Virus record (IMG/VR): IMGVR_UViG_2703718862_000013
Source: a virus
Taxonomy: Duplodnaviria > Heunggongvirae > Uroviricota > Caudoviricetes
DNA: 39,189 bases
Reading direction: 5' to 3' (one strand)
A program made the position numbers and the translations under genes. Of this stretch, positions 7,754-17,668 are shown in pieces. Within the stretch, counting starts at the first letter, position 1. Each line of letters begins with the position of its first letter. The notes under the pieces are model-generated. The model was not told the origin of the DNA. It saw only the letters and a list, made by a program, of their open reading frames with translations, and did not search any database.

Positions 7754-8829
7754 GTGATTTCCCCCACGGTCAGCAACTCTGTATCTCCGGCCATCACGGA
7801 TTTCAGCGGACTTCGAACGTCAAAATCTTCCAGTCCTTTCACCCCTGCAACAGCCCGCCAGAATGATGAAGGCAGCACCAGTCCACCCGGCCGCGATTCG
7901 TTATAAAGCAGGTCCGTTAATGCCTGTTTTACGGCAGCCTGATTTTCCGGCGTTTTGGGTACAATCCTGATCTCAAACGCCACCGGCTTATTGGTCAGCT
8001 TAAACACGCTGATTGTCGGCCCAAGTGGCTGACCAACGGGCTGGCCCGTCGCCGGATCATCATGACTGCGGATATAATCCGCCACCCGCTTCACATCACC
8101 TTCACCGGGGAAAATGTCAGGGTTGTTGTCCTGAACGAACGTTACACCCACGCTGCCCGCCTGCGGCCATTCCGGGCGGCACCATGCCCGCGTCACGCCC
8201 GGCACCTCACGCGCCCAGCGTTCAAAATCGTACTGCGTGCCACCGGACGGCGGATTCTGTACCCGGAAAACCAGGCGGGAAAGCAGCTCCGGCACGGTTT
8301 CCACATCCGCACCACCGGTGAGTCCCGTGCCGGTCACCGTGGTCGTCTGGTTGATCCCCGCCTGCGGTGTGATAAATGTCAGTTTTGTCCCTGGCGGGGC
8401 ATTTCCGGCGCGCCCCGCACTTTCCGCCTCCACATTAACATTCAGTGTTCCGGCTTTTCCGGTCGCAGAGCCGGTGATGCGGTACACAACACCATCGCTT
8501 CGCTGAAGGAGTACACCTTCTGTGATCCCTGCATCCGTGGTCAGCATCAGTTGTACCGGTCCGTCTGCTCGGGAAGCCGGTTTACGGATGACACCCCAGA
8601 ATGCGCAGTGTTTCAGGAGTTCGGCTTCATCAGCTTCTGTCGGAATTATCTGCCGGGAGATCCAGGCCAGATGTTCATGCTCCTGTGCTGACAGACCCGC
8701 CAGTGCATACGCAATGGCATTCAGGGTGGTTTCATTCACTCCCGGCTGCGAACCGGGCAGGCGCTGGCTGATATCCTGTTGTGTCTGTGTGATCAGTTGC
8801 GCCAGTGGTAAGGGCTGATAAGGCATCAT
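7744..8829 (-). CDS. Baseplate J-like protein (Mu gp47-like)
   Basis: Size and synteny. Confidence 0.75.
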   Translation of the reverse strand: MMPYQPLPLAQLITQTQQDISQRLPGSQPGVNETTLNAIAYALAGLSAQEHEHLAWISRQIIPTEADEAELLKHCAFWGVIRKPASRADGPVQLMLTTDAGITEGVLLQRSDGVVYRITGSATGKAGTLNVNVEAESAGRAGNAPPGTKLTFITPQAGINQTTTVTGTGLTGGADVETVPELLSRLVFRVQNPPSGGTQYDFERWAREVPGVTRAWCRPEWPQAGSVGVTFVQDNNPDIFPGEGDVKRVADYIRSHDDPATGQPVGQPLGPTISVFKLTNKPVAFEIRIVPKTPENQAAVKQALTDLLYNESRPGGLVLPSSFWRAVAGVKGLEDFDVRSPLKSVMAGDTELLTVGEITWL

Positions 8830-9263
8830 TCCCCCTTCATATCAGCATAAAAAATCATCGGATGTCTGCTTCCGTCCGGCAGGGTGATTTTCACGGAAAG
8901 CGAAAGGCGATCATGCCCCACACGCATGGCATGACATACCACGGATGTGGCAGCACCGCTTTTATGCAGCCACGCCAGCGCTTCATCAGCATAGGCCTGT
9001 GCACGGCTGACCACGGAGGACAGCGTCTTTTCACGGCTTAACAGCCAGAGACGGGAGCCAATGGGGCGCTCCCGGAAACTGTCTCCCCACCATCCCCGAC
9101 GGTCACGGGTGCCGTCAGGGATTTCATCGGAATCCAGCGCCCGCCTGTCCGTAAACAGTGAAATAATGACCGCAGTCAGCAGGCTGTTATCCGTCAGAAG
9201 ATCTGCGCCGTTCAGTTGCAGGGAACCACAACCCTGATCCCAGACGACAGCAATATCAGCCAT
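8826..9263 (-). CDS. Baseplate protein, gpW/gp25-like (Mu gp46-like); start at MADIAVV
   Basis: ORF open to 9407 but ATG at 9263 abuts upstream stop; synteny. Confidence 0.6.
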   Translation of the reverse strand: MADIAVVWDQGCGSLQLNGADLLTDNSLLTAVIISLFTDRRALDSDEIPDGTRDRRGWWGDSFRERPIGSRLWLLSREKTLSSVVSRAQAYADEALAWLHKSGAATSVVCHAMRVGHDRLSLSVKITLPDGSRHPMIFYADMKGE

Positions 9264-9870
9264 TCTCTGGTCCTCCCGTTTTGCTGCCTTCACCGTTATC
9301 GTGATGCACATGACCTGAATAGGTGATCCCGGCAATAACCGCTTCGGACATCGTGAACGTCCCCTGTGATCTTCCGGTGCCGTCAATGGACACATTGCCT
9401 TTGACATGCAGGTTTTTATCCACCGTCACATTGCCCGTAAAGGTGGCTTCCGGCGTATCCACCCGCATCCCCTCGTCGGCGTAAATCTCCAGCATTTTGC
9501 ATGTCACAATAATGCGACCATCCTTTGTTAACCGTATCCGGTGCCCCTCATGGTGATACACCCCCGTATCTCCGGCTTTGAGTCCGGTCGGACGGCTGCG
9601 CCGGTCTTCCACCACAAGCACCACAGTCTGATCCCGCTGTCCGCCCAGACAGGCAAAAAAGGTTTCTGCACCCGGCAGGGGAACGCTGATCTGCCCGTAC
9701 TGCTGGGGGCGCTCCACATCATCAAAGGTTTCGCCGTCCATGCCGGTGAGCTGCACATTCTGCATTTTCAGTTCGTCATGTGTGCCGGTCAGAACGCCCC
9801 GGCCAAACAGCAGGCGAATACCGCGCGTTACCGGGGCAATCAGGCGGCTGAACACTTCATCATTCATCAA
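9256..9870 (-). CDS. Baseplate spike/assembly protein V-like (Mu gp45-like)
   Basis: Size and synteny. Confidence 0.7.
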   Translation of the reverse strand: MMNDEVFSRLIAPVTRGIRLLFGRGVLTGTHDELKMQNVQLTGMDGETFDDVERPQQYGQISVPLPGAETFFACLGGQRDQTVVLVVEDRRSRPTGLKAGDTGVYHHEGHRIRLTKDGRIIVTCKMLEIYADEGMRVDTPEATFTGNVTVDKNLHVKGNVSIDGTGRSQGTFTMSEAVIAGITYSGHVHHDNGEGSKTGGPENG

Positions 9871-10984
9871 AGCTGATCCCCTGTTTTTTCATCTGCTGGC
9901 GAATAAAGGCATCAACATCGTCACCGGAACCACCCCGGCCCTTACTGTCCGGCTCTGCCGGAACGATAAAGCCGTCACGCGGTGCCAGTACCAGCCGGGT
10001 GACTTCCCCGTTCTGTTCATCCAGTAAAAACTCCACCTGACAGACCAGCAGTTCAGTCTGTTCTATACCGAAACGCTGGGCCGAAACACCGGTCAGCAGA
10101 TTGACATCCCATAACCGGCCATCATCCCGGAACCAGCCACGCACGGTGGCAGAAAACCGTTCTGAACGGGCAATCGCACGGCGCATTTCACGCAGGGCAC
10201 GCTGCCGTGCACCGGTGGTGTCTGTCTGTTGATCGGCGAGGATGATTTTCGGCCGGTAGCGGCCGATCTGCTCATCACTGATGACGCCCACAGGTGCTGC
10301 CAGCCGGGCGGCGGACTCGCTGTCTCCCCGTTTGCCACCACCGCGCCCGTGTCCCCGGACACGGTATTCACTGTATCGTCCTCGCCAGTCCGTGTTGTAA
10401 TCGGCATCAAGCAGGTTATCTCCCAGCACCAGTCTGTCCGTCTGCTGGCTTCCTGCCTGGGTGAACACCAGATCGCCGTCAGCATTACTGGTCACCAGCA
10501 CCCCGCGATGCCGGGCAGAACGGGTCAGCGCATCCGCCACGGTTTCTGAGTTTTCCAGCGTAAAAGAGCTGAAAGGGCGTGCAGCCGTGTCGTCGTTAAC
10601 CTGCCAGCGCACAGCTATCCCGAAGGGCGCACATAAATCTGCGGCAATCTGTGCCAGCGTCCGGTTGCGCCACTGACTGCCGGGGTGGATGGCGGCACAG
10701 TCCACCAGATCGCCGGTTTTATCCCGGCCGCTGATGCTGATCTGATGACGGGTTGCACTGATCCGCTGACTGACCTGATCCAGCCAGCCACTGATGACCG
10801 TCTGCCCGTTAATTCTGAGCGTCAGGGACTGACCGGTCCGCAGGGCTGAGGGGATGCGCTCACCGGGCAGCATCAGCCCCAGTTCAAACGACCCGGCCAG
10901 ATGCTCCAGCGAGCGACGGACGCTGACCGTCAGCCAGCCGGAAAAAATACTGCCGCCGATATACAGTTCAATCCTGCTGCTCAC
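9860..10984 (-). CDS. Baseplate hub, P2 gpD-like (Mu gp44-like)
   Basis: Size and synteny downstream of tape measure and gp43. Confidence 0.7.
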   Translation of the reverse strand: MSSRIELYIGGSIFSGWLTVSVRRSLEHLAGSFELGLMLPGERIPSALRTGQSLTLRINGQTVISGWLDQVSQRISATRHQISISGRDKTGDLVDCAAIHPGSQWRNRTLAQIAADLCAPFGIAVRWQVNDDTAARPFSSFTLENSETVADALTRSARHRGVLVTSNADGDLVFTQAGSQQTDRLVLGDNLLDADYNTDWRGRYSEYRVRGHGRGGGKRGDSESAARLAAPVGVISDEQIGRYRPKIILADQQTDTTGARQRALREMRRAIARSERFSATVRGWFRDDGRLWDVNLLTGVSAQRFGIEQTELLVCQVEFLLDEQNGEVTRLVLAPRDGFIVPAEPDSKGRGGSGDDVDAFIRQQMKKQGISFDE

Positions 10985-12326
10985 TGATCACCTCCACGCT
11001 GCGGCCACCCGGAACAAAAACCGGATCGGGGATGTTGTTTCTGCGGACAAAATACTGCCAGCGGCGGCTGTTGCCGGTGGCACGGTACAGCGTGACCAGT
11101 GCCGGTTCGGTGGTTCGCACCATGACCTGAAAAGCGCCGGGAAGATGAACACTCCGCGTGGTTAAATCTTCTGTCAGCGCAAGCCCTGCATCACGTAATG
11201 CAAGGGCGGTGCCGGTATGGCCCTGTGCGGACAGATCCAGTACCTGTTGTTCCATGGCATCACTCAAATCCCGGTTGATACGCTGCACATCGGCAGAACT
11301 TTCCAGCCAGGCCAGTCCACCCGCACGGTCAGTATCCTGAACGTGCGTTGTATTCTGCCGGATGACCTGATCCAGCAGTTTCCCGACCGTCTGCGCCTGC
11401 GACACCAGGGTTGCACTCTGCATGACGCTCCGCAGCAGACGGATATTTTTCTGTGCCGCAGGCGTCAGACCAATCAGGCGCTGCGGATCATCCTGTTCGC
11501 TGAGGGTGTAACGCAGGGAAGAAAGTGTGCGGTACAGCTGCGGCATTGCCTGCTCTGTCATGCTGTCACGGTTTGTGGTCAGGCTGCCGGACGGCCTTCC
11601 TGCCTTCCCGGTCAGTGACAGGGAAGGATTGCCGGGCAGCCCGGTCAGCACGGCAAATATTCCGGCCAGCGATTCAGCCATGCGACGGGGCGCATTAATC
11701 AGGGCGGCGGCATTGCCTTTAATGGCGGTAAAACTGGCCGTAAAGGCACTGACATCCTGCACAATCCCCATCCCTGAAACGGCATTCTCCAGCGCATCAA
11801 TCTTATCGCTGATGGTGTCGGTCATGGCCTGAACATCATGCAGACCGTCTGAAATCACCGTCCAGCCGTCTGAAAGCGTGTTAAACAGCTGATTCATTGC
11901 TGAACCGCTTTTCTGCTCCAGCGCAGCTGCCGTATCTTCTACCACCGAAGGGGCGGTATCGTCACTGGCGGGTATCACGTTGATCGTGAACTCAACCGTT
12001 CCCTGCTCGCTGGCGTTATAACGGCTTTCAAAGCTGTTTATCAGCACGTTTAACGTGCCGTAATCCGGGTGCATCAGTTCACCGGCACCGGGTGCACGCA
12101 GCGCATCACGCAGGCGGCTTCGCTGTGTCTGAAGATCGTCTCCGGTCACCAGAACCGTGAATGTGAACTCCGGGAGTTTTGGCCCCAGATCATCCGCACC
12201 GCCGCTTTCACGCAGTGGGTATTCACGGCGCACAATGTTACGTCCGCCCCGTTCCCGCTGCTCCTGATAAACCAGGAACGGTACGCCACGAAAGGAGCCA
12301 CGCCCCGGCGTGTCAGTAGAGGCCAT
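10968..12326 (-). CDS. Tail protein, Mu gp43 (P)-like
   Basis: Size and position immediately after tape measure. Confidence 0.65.
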   Translation of the reverse strand: MASTDTPGRGSFRGVPFLVYQEQRERGGRNIVRREYPLRESGGADDLGPKLPEFTFTVLVTGDDLQTQRSRLRDALRAPGAGELMHPDYGTLNVLINSFESRYNASEQGTVEFTINVIPASDDTAPSVVEDTAAALEQKSGSAMNQLFNTLSDGWTVISDGLHDVQAMTDTISDKIDALENAVSGMGIVQDVSAFTASFTAIKGNAAALINAPRRMAESLAGIFAVLTGLPGNPSLSLTGKAGRPSGSLTTNRDSMTEQAMPQLYRTLSSLRYTLSEQDDPQRLIGLTPAAQKNIRLLRSVMQSATLVSQAQTVGKLLDQVIRQNTTHVQDTDRAGGLAWLESSADVQRINRDLSDAMEQQVLDLSAQGHTGTALALRDAGLALTEDLTTRSVHLPGAFQVMVRTTEPALVTLYRATGNSRRWQYFVRRNNIPDPVFVPGGRSVEVISEQQD

Positions 12327-14370
12327 AGTTCCCTCCGTTCCAGACGTTCACATCCAGGCCATGCTGTGCGGTATCATCCACATCAATACTGCGCGCCCGC
12401 CAGCCTTCAGGGGCCACAAGCTCTACCCGTGCGGCGGTTTTCGCGGTGGCCTGTCCGCCGTTTTCGTCACTGCTGCCACGCAGTTTCTGCCAGGCCTGCG
12501 TCAGCCAGCCCCCCAGATAATCACCGAGATAGCTGCCCACTGTGGAACCAATGGCAACCCCGACCGGACCGGCAGCCGCCCCCAGCGCGCCACCGGCGAT
12601 ACTTCCGGCAAGGGAACCCACGGCACCGGCTTTATCGGCTGCACTGGCGCTGCTGTCCAGCAGTACAGGAGCCGCCATGGCACCGGCCCACAGGGCACCC
12701 CCACCCAGCCGACCGGCACCACGGAACAGCCCGGCAAAACGCCCCAGCCCCATGCGGTTTCCGGCCGCCGAAAGCAGACCACCGGCACGGCTCATCATAC
12801 GACCGAAGAAGCCCTGTTTACCGGCGCTCTCCGCCAGCTGCTCACCGGCGGTCACGACAGTCGTGACACCCCGCCCGCGTCCGGGGCCGCGTTTTTTACG
12901 GTCGCGCACGGTTTTGCCGTCACCGCTGACCACCACATCCCCGCCGCCTGAGGCCAGGCCACCCGCAGGCCAGTTGGTGACCAGCACGGGCTGAACGGCA
13001 GCAGGATTTACCCCGGTAAGGAAATTCAGGAAGCGGCCAGCGCGTCCGGGCTGCGTTCCCGGCACAGTGGTCTGCGGTTTGCGGAAGGGCGACGTCAGCA
13101 CGGAGGTCATCGCCATACCATAGCGTAAGGGGGTTGCGCCGAGACGTAATGCTCCCGCCCCCGCAAACCTGAGCACCTTCAGCGCGCGGGAGGCGAGATA
13201 CATATACATCAGGTATTTTGCGGCGGTCTGCGCCCCCTGACCAATACGATCCAGTGCATCGCCATAACCGGCGTCGCGCAGTGCCTGAAGCGTTTCCCTG
13301 ACTTTCTGAATGGCACGGTAAAAGCCGGTTGCAGCGTCTCTGGCATACTCGAATCCCTGATTCAGGGCCGAGGCCGTCTGTGTGGCCAGCTTATCCTGTA
13401 AGCCGCTTTTCTGTGCCGCATCAGCATAATCCAGGAAGCCTTTCAGGCTCTTTTTCAGACTGTCAAACGGTCCCTTTGCCATCACTTCACGGGCAAACTG
13501 ATCCCAGACGTCGCCCATCATGGACGTCATTCCCGTCCAGGAATTCATGGCGTTTTTCTGGGCACCTTTTGCCTGTTCGGCCATCACCTGAAATAACAGG
13601 CGAATGCTGTCCGGCCCCAGTTTTCCTTTTTCGCCTTTCTCACGGATGAGCTTCTGGTTTACGCCCAGCTTATCGGCCAGTAACTGGTAAACGTTAATCC
13701 CGTATCCGGTCAGAATATTGGCGTCCGCTGCCTGGATACTCTGGCGGGCAAACATCTGTTTGAGTTGCAGGGACGCACCCTGTGCATCTGACAGTGACCA
13801 GCCGTGATAGCCGCCCTGATCCTGAAGCATGGTAATAAAGCGACGGGCTTCCCTGTCACTCATGCCAAACCCGCGACTGGAGGCGTATTCCTGCATAACC
13901 CCCGCCAGCCCCCAGGTGGTGTCTTTGGCGTTCTGTACTGCCCAGGCTTTCACTGCTTCCGTTTTTGCCTTATCGCCATGATTAATGGCGTTGAGACGCA
14001 GAATATAGTTCTCCATCTCTGCGGCCGGGCGGATAAAGGCTTTATTAAAACCGTAGACCGCAGCCCCTCCCGCCAGCATCCCGTAAAGGTTGCTTATCCG
14101 CCCGATGGTGCCGGTAATGCTGCCCTGCAGGCGGTCAAAATCTGACGTTACCGTGCGGATGCTGCCACGAACACCGGCAAGCGTTCGCTGCATACGGGAG
14201 CCGACAAGTTCTGTTTCCTGACCGGCCCGGCGGGCTGCATTTCCAAGACCACCCAGGCCTGTCCTGCCGGAACGGGAGAACGCCCCCAGCTCCTGTGACC
14301 ACTGGCGGGATTTGGCGGAAATATTGCCGAGTAAATCGACAATCAGGGAGGCTTTCAGGTTTTTTGCCAT
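12313..14370 (-). CDS. N: Tail tape measure protein
   Basis: 685 aa, Ala/Gly-rich with predicted long helices; between chaperone and baseplate genes. Confidence 0.85.
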   Translation of the reverse strand: MAKNLKASLIVDLLGNISAKSRQWSQELGAFSRSGRTGLGGLGNAARRAGQETELVGSRMQRTLAGVRGSIRTVTSDFDRLQGSITGTIGRISNLYGMLAGGAAVYGFNKAFIRPAAEMENYILRLNAINHGDKAKTEAVKAWAVQNAKDTTWGLAGVMQEYASSRGFGMSDREARRFITMLQDQGGYHGWSLSDAQGASLQLKQMFARQSIQAADANILTGYGINVYQLLADKLGVNQKLIREKGEKGKLGPDSIRLLFQVMAEQAKGAQKNAMNSWTGMTSMMGDVWDQFAREVMAKGPFDSLKKSLKGFLDYADAAQKSGLQDKLATQTASALNQGFEYARDAATGFYRAIQKVRETLQALRDAGYGDALDRIGQGAQTAAKYLMYMYLASRALKVLRFAGAGALRLGATPLRYGMAMTSVLTSPFRKPQTTVPGTQPGRAGRFLNFLTGVNPAAVQPVLVTNWPAGGLASGGGDVVVSGDGKTVRDRKKRGPGRGRGVTTVVTAGEQLAESAGKQGFFGRMMSRAGGLLSAAGNRMGLGRFAGLFRGAGRLGGGALWAGAMAAPVLLDSSASAADKAGAVGSLAGSIAGGALGAAAGPVGVAIGSTVGSYLGDYLGGWLTQAWQKLRGSSDENGGQATAKTAARVELVAPEGWRARSIDVDDTAQHGLDVNVWNGGNYGLY

Positions 14371-14373
14371 GGG

Positions 14374-14568
14374 TTACTGCTTCGTTCTGAGAATTTTTTC
14401 GGTCTGTCGGCAGTGCCGGTAAAGCTGCGATAAGGGGAGGTTAAGCGCCCACTCCGGGCCGCTTTTTGTCACCATCCCCAGCACAATTGCGGCTTCTTCA
14501 ATCTGATCCCGGCACTGCATCTGGTCGCCCCCGTTCAGCGACCAGCTTTCCTGCCATCGCGGAATCAA
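14374..14568 (-). CDS. Frameshift extension of tail assembly chaperone
   Basis: Overlaps 3' end of chaperone in the -2/+1 frame; ends 4 nt before tape-measure start; G-run in overlap. Confidence 0.5.
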   Translation of the reverse strand: MIPRWQESWSLNGGDQMQCRDQIEEAAIVLGMVTKSGPEWALNLPLSQLYRHCRQTEKILRTKQ

Positions 14569-14974
14569 GCAGGCTTACCGCCGCCATCAGACGGGAGAGA
14601 TCGCGCTCGCTGAGCTGTCCGATCTGACGCGGAGATAATGGCCCCTCAATCTGGCCGACAGCGGCAATCTGACGGCGCAGCAGCGCAATGCCGCGCAGTG
14701 CCGGAGAGGCCACCAGAACCGGACCGTTTCGGGTTTCCATAAGACGCTCGGCCTCACTCTCCGCATCAATGCTGTCTTTCGCCGTCAGTTCGCGGAAGGT
14801 GACGCGGTATTCACGGGATTCACCGAACGGCAGGCCGTCGAGCAGATCCACATAGCCGTTCACCAGCTGTTCAGCCAGCCCGGCGGTGCGGGGATCGCCG
14901 TCCTCAAGTGCATCCCGGATAGCCTCCATCACGGCCTCGTCAGAAACCGCCGTTTTTTTCTTACGTGTGGTCAT
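14498..14974 (-). CDS. Tail assembly chaperone (Mu gp41-like)
   Basis: Acidic protein between tail tube and tape measure. Confidence 0.6.
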   Translation of the reverse strand: MTTRKKKTAVSDEAVMEAIRDALEDGDPRTAGLAEQLVNGYVDLLDGLPFGESREYRVTFRELTAKDSIDAESEAERLMETRNGPVLVASPALRGIALLRRQIAAVGQIEGPLSPRQIGQLSERDLSRLMAAVSLLDSAMAGKLVAERGRPDAVPGSD

Positions 14975-14988
14975 TGCATTTTTCCTGA

Positions 14989-15354
14989 TTACTGGACACG
15001 GGTACTGGTGGCGCTGGCGAACTTCGCGGAGATATCACCGCCACCGTCAATCGAGGCCGGTTCACTGCTCCAGGCCTTCGTCATCATGTGGACTTCACCG
15101 GTATCGGCCACAAACTCAATCGTGACCGCAGTCCAGGTGTTGATTTCATCGGCAGCCGGTGAACCTTCTCCGCCAGCCGGAAATTTACAGTCCAGCGTCG
15201 CCTCACGGGGTTTCTCGCGATAGCCGTAGACTTTCGCGCCTTTCACCACTTCACGCTCAAAGCCGGACGGGGAGAACGTGGCTCCCTCAAGGGTGGCGTA
15301 CTCCTGTCCGTTCACACGGATGGTGGCCGTGCCCTGATACTGTTTTCCGCTCAT
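14989..15354 (-). CDS. M: Tail tube protein
   Basis: 121 aa, immediately downstream of sheath gene. Confidence 0.75.
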   Translation of the reverse strand: MSGKQYQGTATIRVNGQEYATLEGATFSPSGFEREVVKGAKVYGYREKPREATLDCKFPAGGEGSPAADEINTWTAVTIEFVADTGEVHMMTKAWSSEPASIDGGGDISAKFASATSTRVQ

Positions 15355-15362
15355 GCCTTACC

Positions 15363-16865
15363 TCACAAAATGAAACGGATCTGTGCTGCCAGGAAGCGGA
15401 ACTGGTTAACCAGATCCGGCGTGCATAACACGTCAAGGCGGTTTCGATCTGACGTATTACGCTCCACAAGCAGATTCTTTTTAAACGTGTCCAGATTTTC
15501 GACCAGCCCGAGTTCCACCCACTCTTCACCCAGCGAAATTAACTGAAGCTTCATGATCTCCGGCGTCACGATATTCTGACCGGCACGAACGGGCGTCCCG
15601 TCATCAGCCAGTTTATGGCGCGGAAAACGTTGAGTGATGAAAGTGCGCAGGGAATAACGCAGATATGACAGGGTGTAGATGGTTTCCACATCCAGATAGC
15701 TGGGATCACTTTCGCCGTACACGTTCTGGCGATACATCGTCACCTGACGCTCAATCTGAACCATATCCCCGGCCGCCACACTGACCGTGGCAATCCCTCC
15801 CCACAGCAGACTGTTACGCTCTTCACGCGTCAGACGATCGGCCGGGGCCGGGGCCATGCGTGACGGAAGCGCCAGCGTCTGAAGCGGACGCGCAGGATCT
15901 GCTCCCAGAGAGGGTGCACAGGTGGCACAGACCGCCGCTGCCCAGAGGTAATCCGGTTCAGGGGCTTTGGGAATGGATGTGCAGGTCGCCAGAAAATCAT
16001 TGCGTTTTGCCCCGAATGCCTGCACCTCACCAAACGTGCCGGTATGTGCCAGCCACAGCACGCCGTCAGACATTTTGGCCGGTCCCCAGCGTTTCAGAAG
16101 TTCATCACTGATGATTTTCAGGTTTGCATCGTCCTTGTAGGGCATGACAACATAGTTGTACTGGCGATCCCCCATTCCGGCCACACTTCGGGTGATATCG
16201 GGATTGCGGGCTCTTGAGGAGGGAAAGCCTGTCTGGGGCGTCAGCCCTGACGGCAGGGTTTCACCGTCGTGATAATTCAGGCGCAGATCGTGCACAGAGC
16301 ATTCACCAATGAAGCGGGCGCTCACTCCCATACTTCCTTTCAGACCGCCTGCATTACTGCCATCAACAACCGCAGATACAGCTGTGAATGGCGCATCAGT
16401 ATCCTTATTTATCAGGGCAACAAGCGCATCAATGATAGCTTTTCCTTTTTGTCCGGCTTTTACGGGCAGCGCATAGCGTCGTCCACCAATATAGATGCAG
16501 AGCAAACCATCGGTCGCAGCCGTACCGGTAAGGTTAAAGGCGGCGGCATTTGCCCCGCCTGTTCCGGCCCCCTGCGCAATAGCATACAGTTCCGCATCAG
16601 GATTGATGGCAATAAATTCAGCCACCATCAGAGCGATCATGGAGCCACGCCCCCAGAGCTCCACAGCCTGAGAGGCGCGAGTGATCCTGACCGGAACATC
16701 CAGCACACCGGTACCGTCCACAGCATTCTCTTTCATTCTCGCCTGACCAAACAGCAGCACACACTGACGCTGTGCCGGGGTGCCGGTGACCGCCATGGAG
16801 TTATTAAACTCAACCCCAATCAGCGGTATACGGCGGTCATTACCGATCCCGTCAAAATTAATCAT
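15363..16865 (-). CDS. L: Contractile tail sheath protein
   Basis: 500 aa, synteny. Confidence 0.85.
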   Translation of the reverse strand: MINFDGIGNDRRIPLIGVEFNNSMAVTGTPAQRQCVLLFGQARMKENAVDGTGVLDVPVRITRASQAVELWGRGSMIALMVAEFIAINPDAELYAIAQGAGTGGANAAAFNLTGTAATDGLLCIYIGGRRYALPVKAGQKGKAIIDALVALINKDTDAPFTAVSAVVDGSNAGGLKGSMGVSARFIGECSVHDLRLNYHDGETLPSGLTPQTGFPSSRARNPDITRSVAGMGDRQYNYVVMPYKDDANLKIISDELLKRWGPAKMSDGVLWLAHTGTFGEVQAFGAKRNDFLATCTSIPKAPEPDYLWAAAVCATCAPSLGADPARPLQTLALPSRMAPAPADRLTREERNSLLWGGIATVSVAAGDMVQIERQVTMYRQNVYGESDPSYLDVETIYTLSYLRYSLRTFITQRFPRHKLADDGTPVRAGQNIVTPEIMKLQLISLGEEWVELGLVENLDTFKKNLLVERNTSDRNRLDVLCTPDLVNQFRFLAAQIRFIL

Positions 16866-17107
16866 TGCGGTTTCTCCTTATCGGATGCCGGTTGGGCGAC
16901 CGGTTTTTCTGTCGCAGTCGTTGCATCCGCAGATACAGCCGGAGCCTCTTCAGCGGCTTTTTCAGCCTGAATGACATCGCCGTCATCAAGACGCCGACAC
17001 CAGAACGGCGTGAAGGTTTTTTCCTCCCCCTCCTGTGCCAGCGGGCGCATTGTGTCGGGATCACGAATCAGGCGTCCCGGCGCGGGTTTGATAAAGATGG
17101 TTTTCAT
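16862..17107 (-). CDS. Hypothetical virion protein (Mu gp38-like position)
   Basis: Translationally coupled small ORF. Confidence 0.5.
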   Translation of the reverse strand: MKTIFIKPAPGRLIRDPDTMRPLAQEGEEKTFTPFWCRRLDDGDVIQAEKAAEEAPAVSADATTATEKPVAQPASDKEKPQ

Positions 17108-17668
17108 TTACAGTTCCTCCGGCGGTTCGACCGCCGTTGTCGTGTTCCCCGGCAAATCAATATGTGCCTCAAACGGCGGCGTACCGGGCGGCTCCACAAA
17201 GGTTTCGTAATGACGCAGGAAGTCGTCCAGCGAGCTGATATCCGTCAGTGGCGCGATCATTTCCTCGCAGGAGAAATAAAGCGCATACATCACGGCCCCA
17301 CTGTTCGCCTGGGTTTCGGTGTAACCGTTGACCGCCTTTTCAAAGTAAAGCGGTGAGGTTTTTTCTGTTCTGAAGCCGTTAAGCACGGCAATCAGCCGGG
17401 CCACAATCTGATACAGTCCGGGACGGCTGGCCTCACGCCCGTTGAGCATGTCGCCGATGACGTAGAACACCCAGTGACTGACCAGGCGACCACGGGTACG
17501 GCCTTCACCGGCACCCAGCCAGGCAACGTAGATCGCCGGAGCGTTAATCAGCATGGTGCGCAGTACGCTGTCGCTCCAGTCGCCGGGATGCGTGTCAACA
17601 GACACAAGTTCATTCCCGAAATACTCACGGATACGGGCGATGTATGCCTGTTCGGTTTCCGTAATCAT
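17108..17668 (-). CDS. Tail-completion/neck protein (Mu gp37-like position)
   Basis: Synteny; start ATG overlaps TGA of extended gp36 frame. Confidence 0.6.
   Translation of the reverse strand: MITETEQAYIARIREYFGNELVSVDTHPGDWSDSVLRTMLINAPAIYVAWLGAGEGRTRGRLVSHWVFYVIGDMLNGREASRPGLYQIVARLIAVLNGFRTEKTSPLYFEKAVNGYTETQANSGAVMYALYFSCEEMIAPLTDISSLDDFLRHYETFVEPPGTPPFEAHIDLPGNTTTAVEPPEEL

Noticed and set aside
7672-10676. Numerous 60-210-aa plus-strand ORFs across baseplate genes
   Set aside because: All are antisense to long, syntenic minus-strand structural genes and lack RBS.
12069-12994. Long plus-strand ORFs (265, 213, 150 aa) rich in Pro/Ala/Arg
   Set aside because: Antisense to the tape measure gene; low-complexity translation typical of the wrong strand of GC-rich coding DNA.
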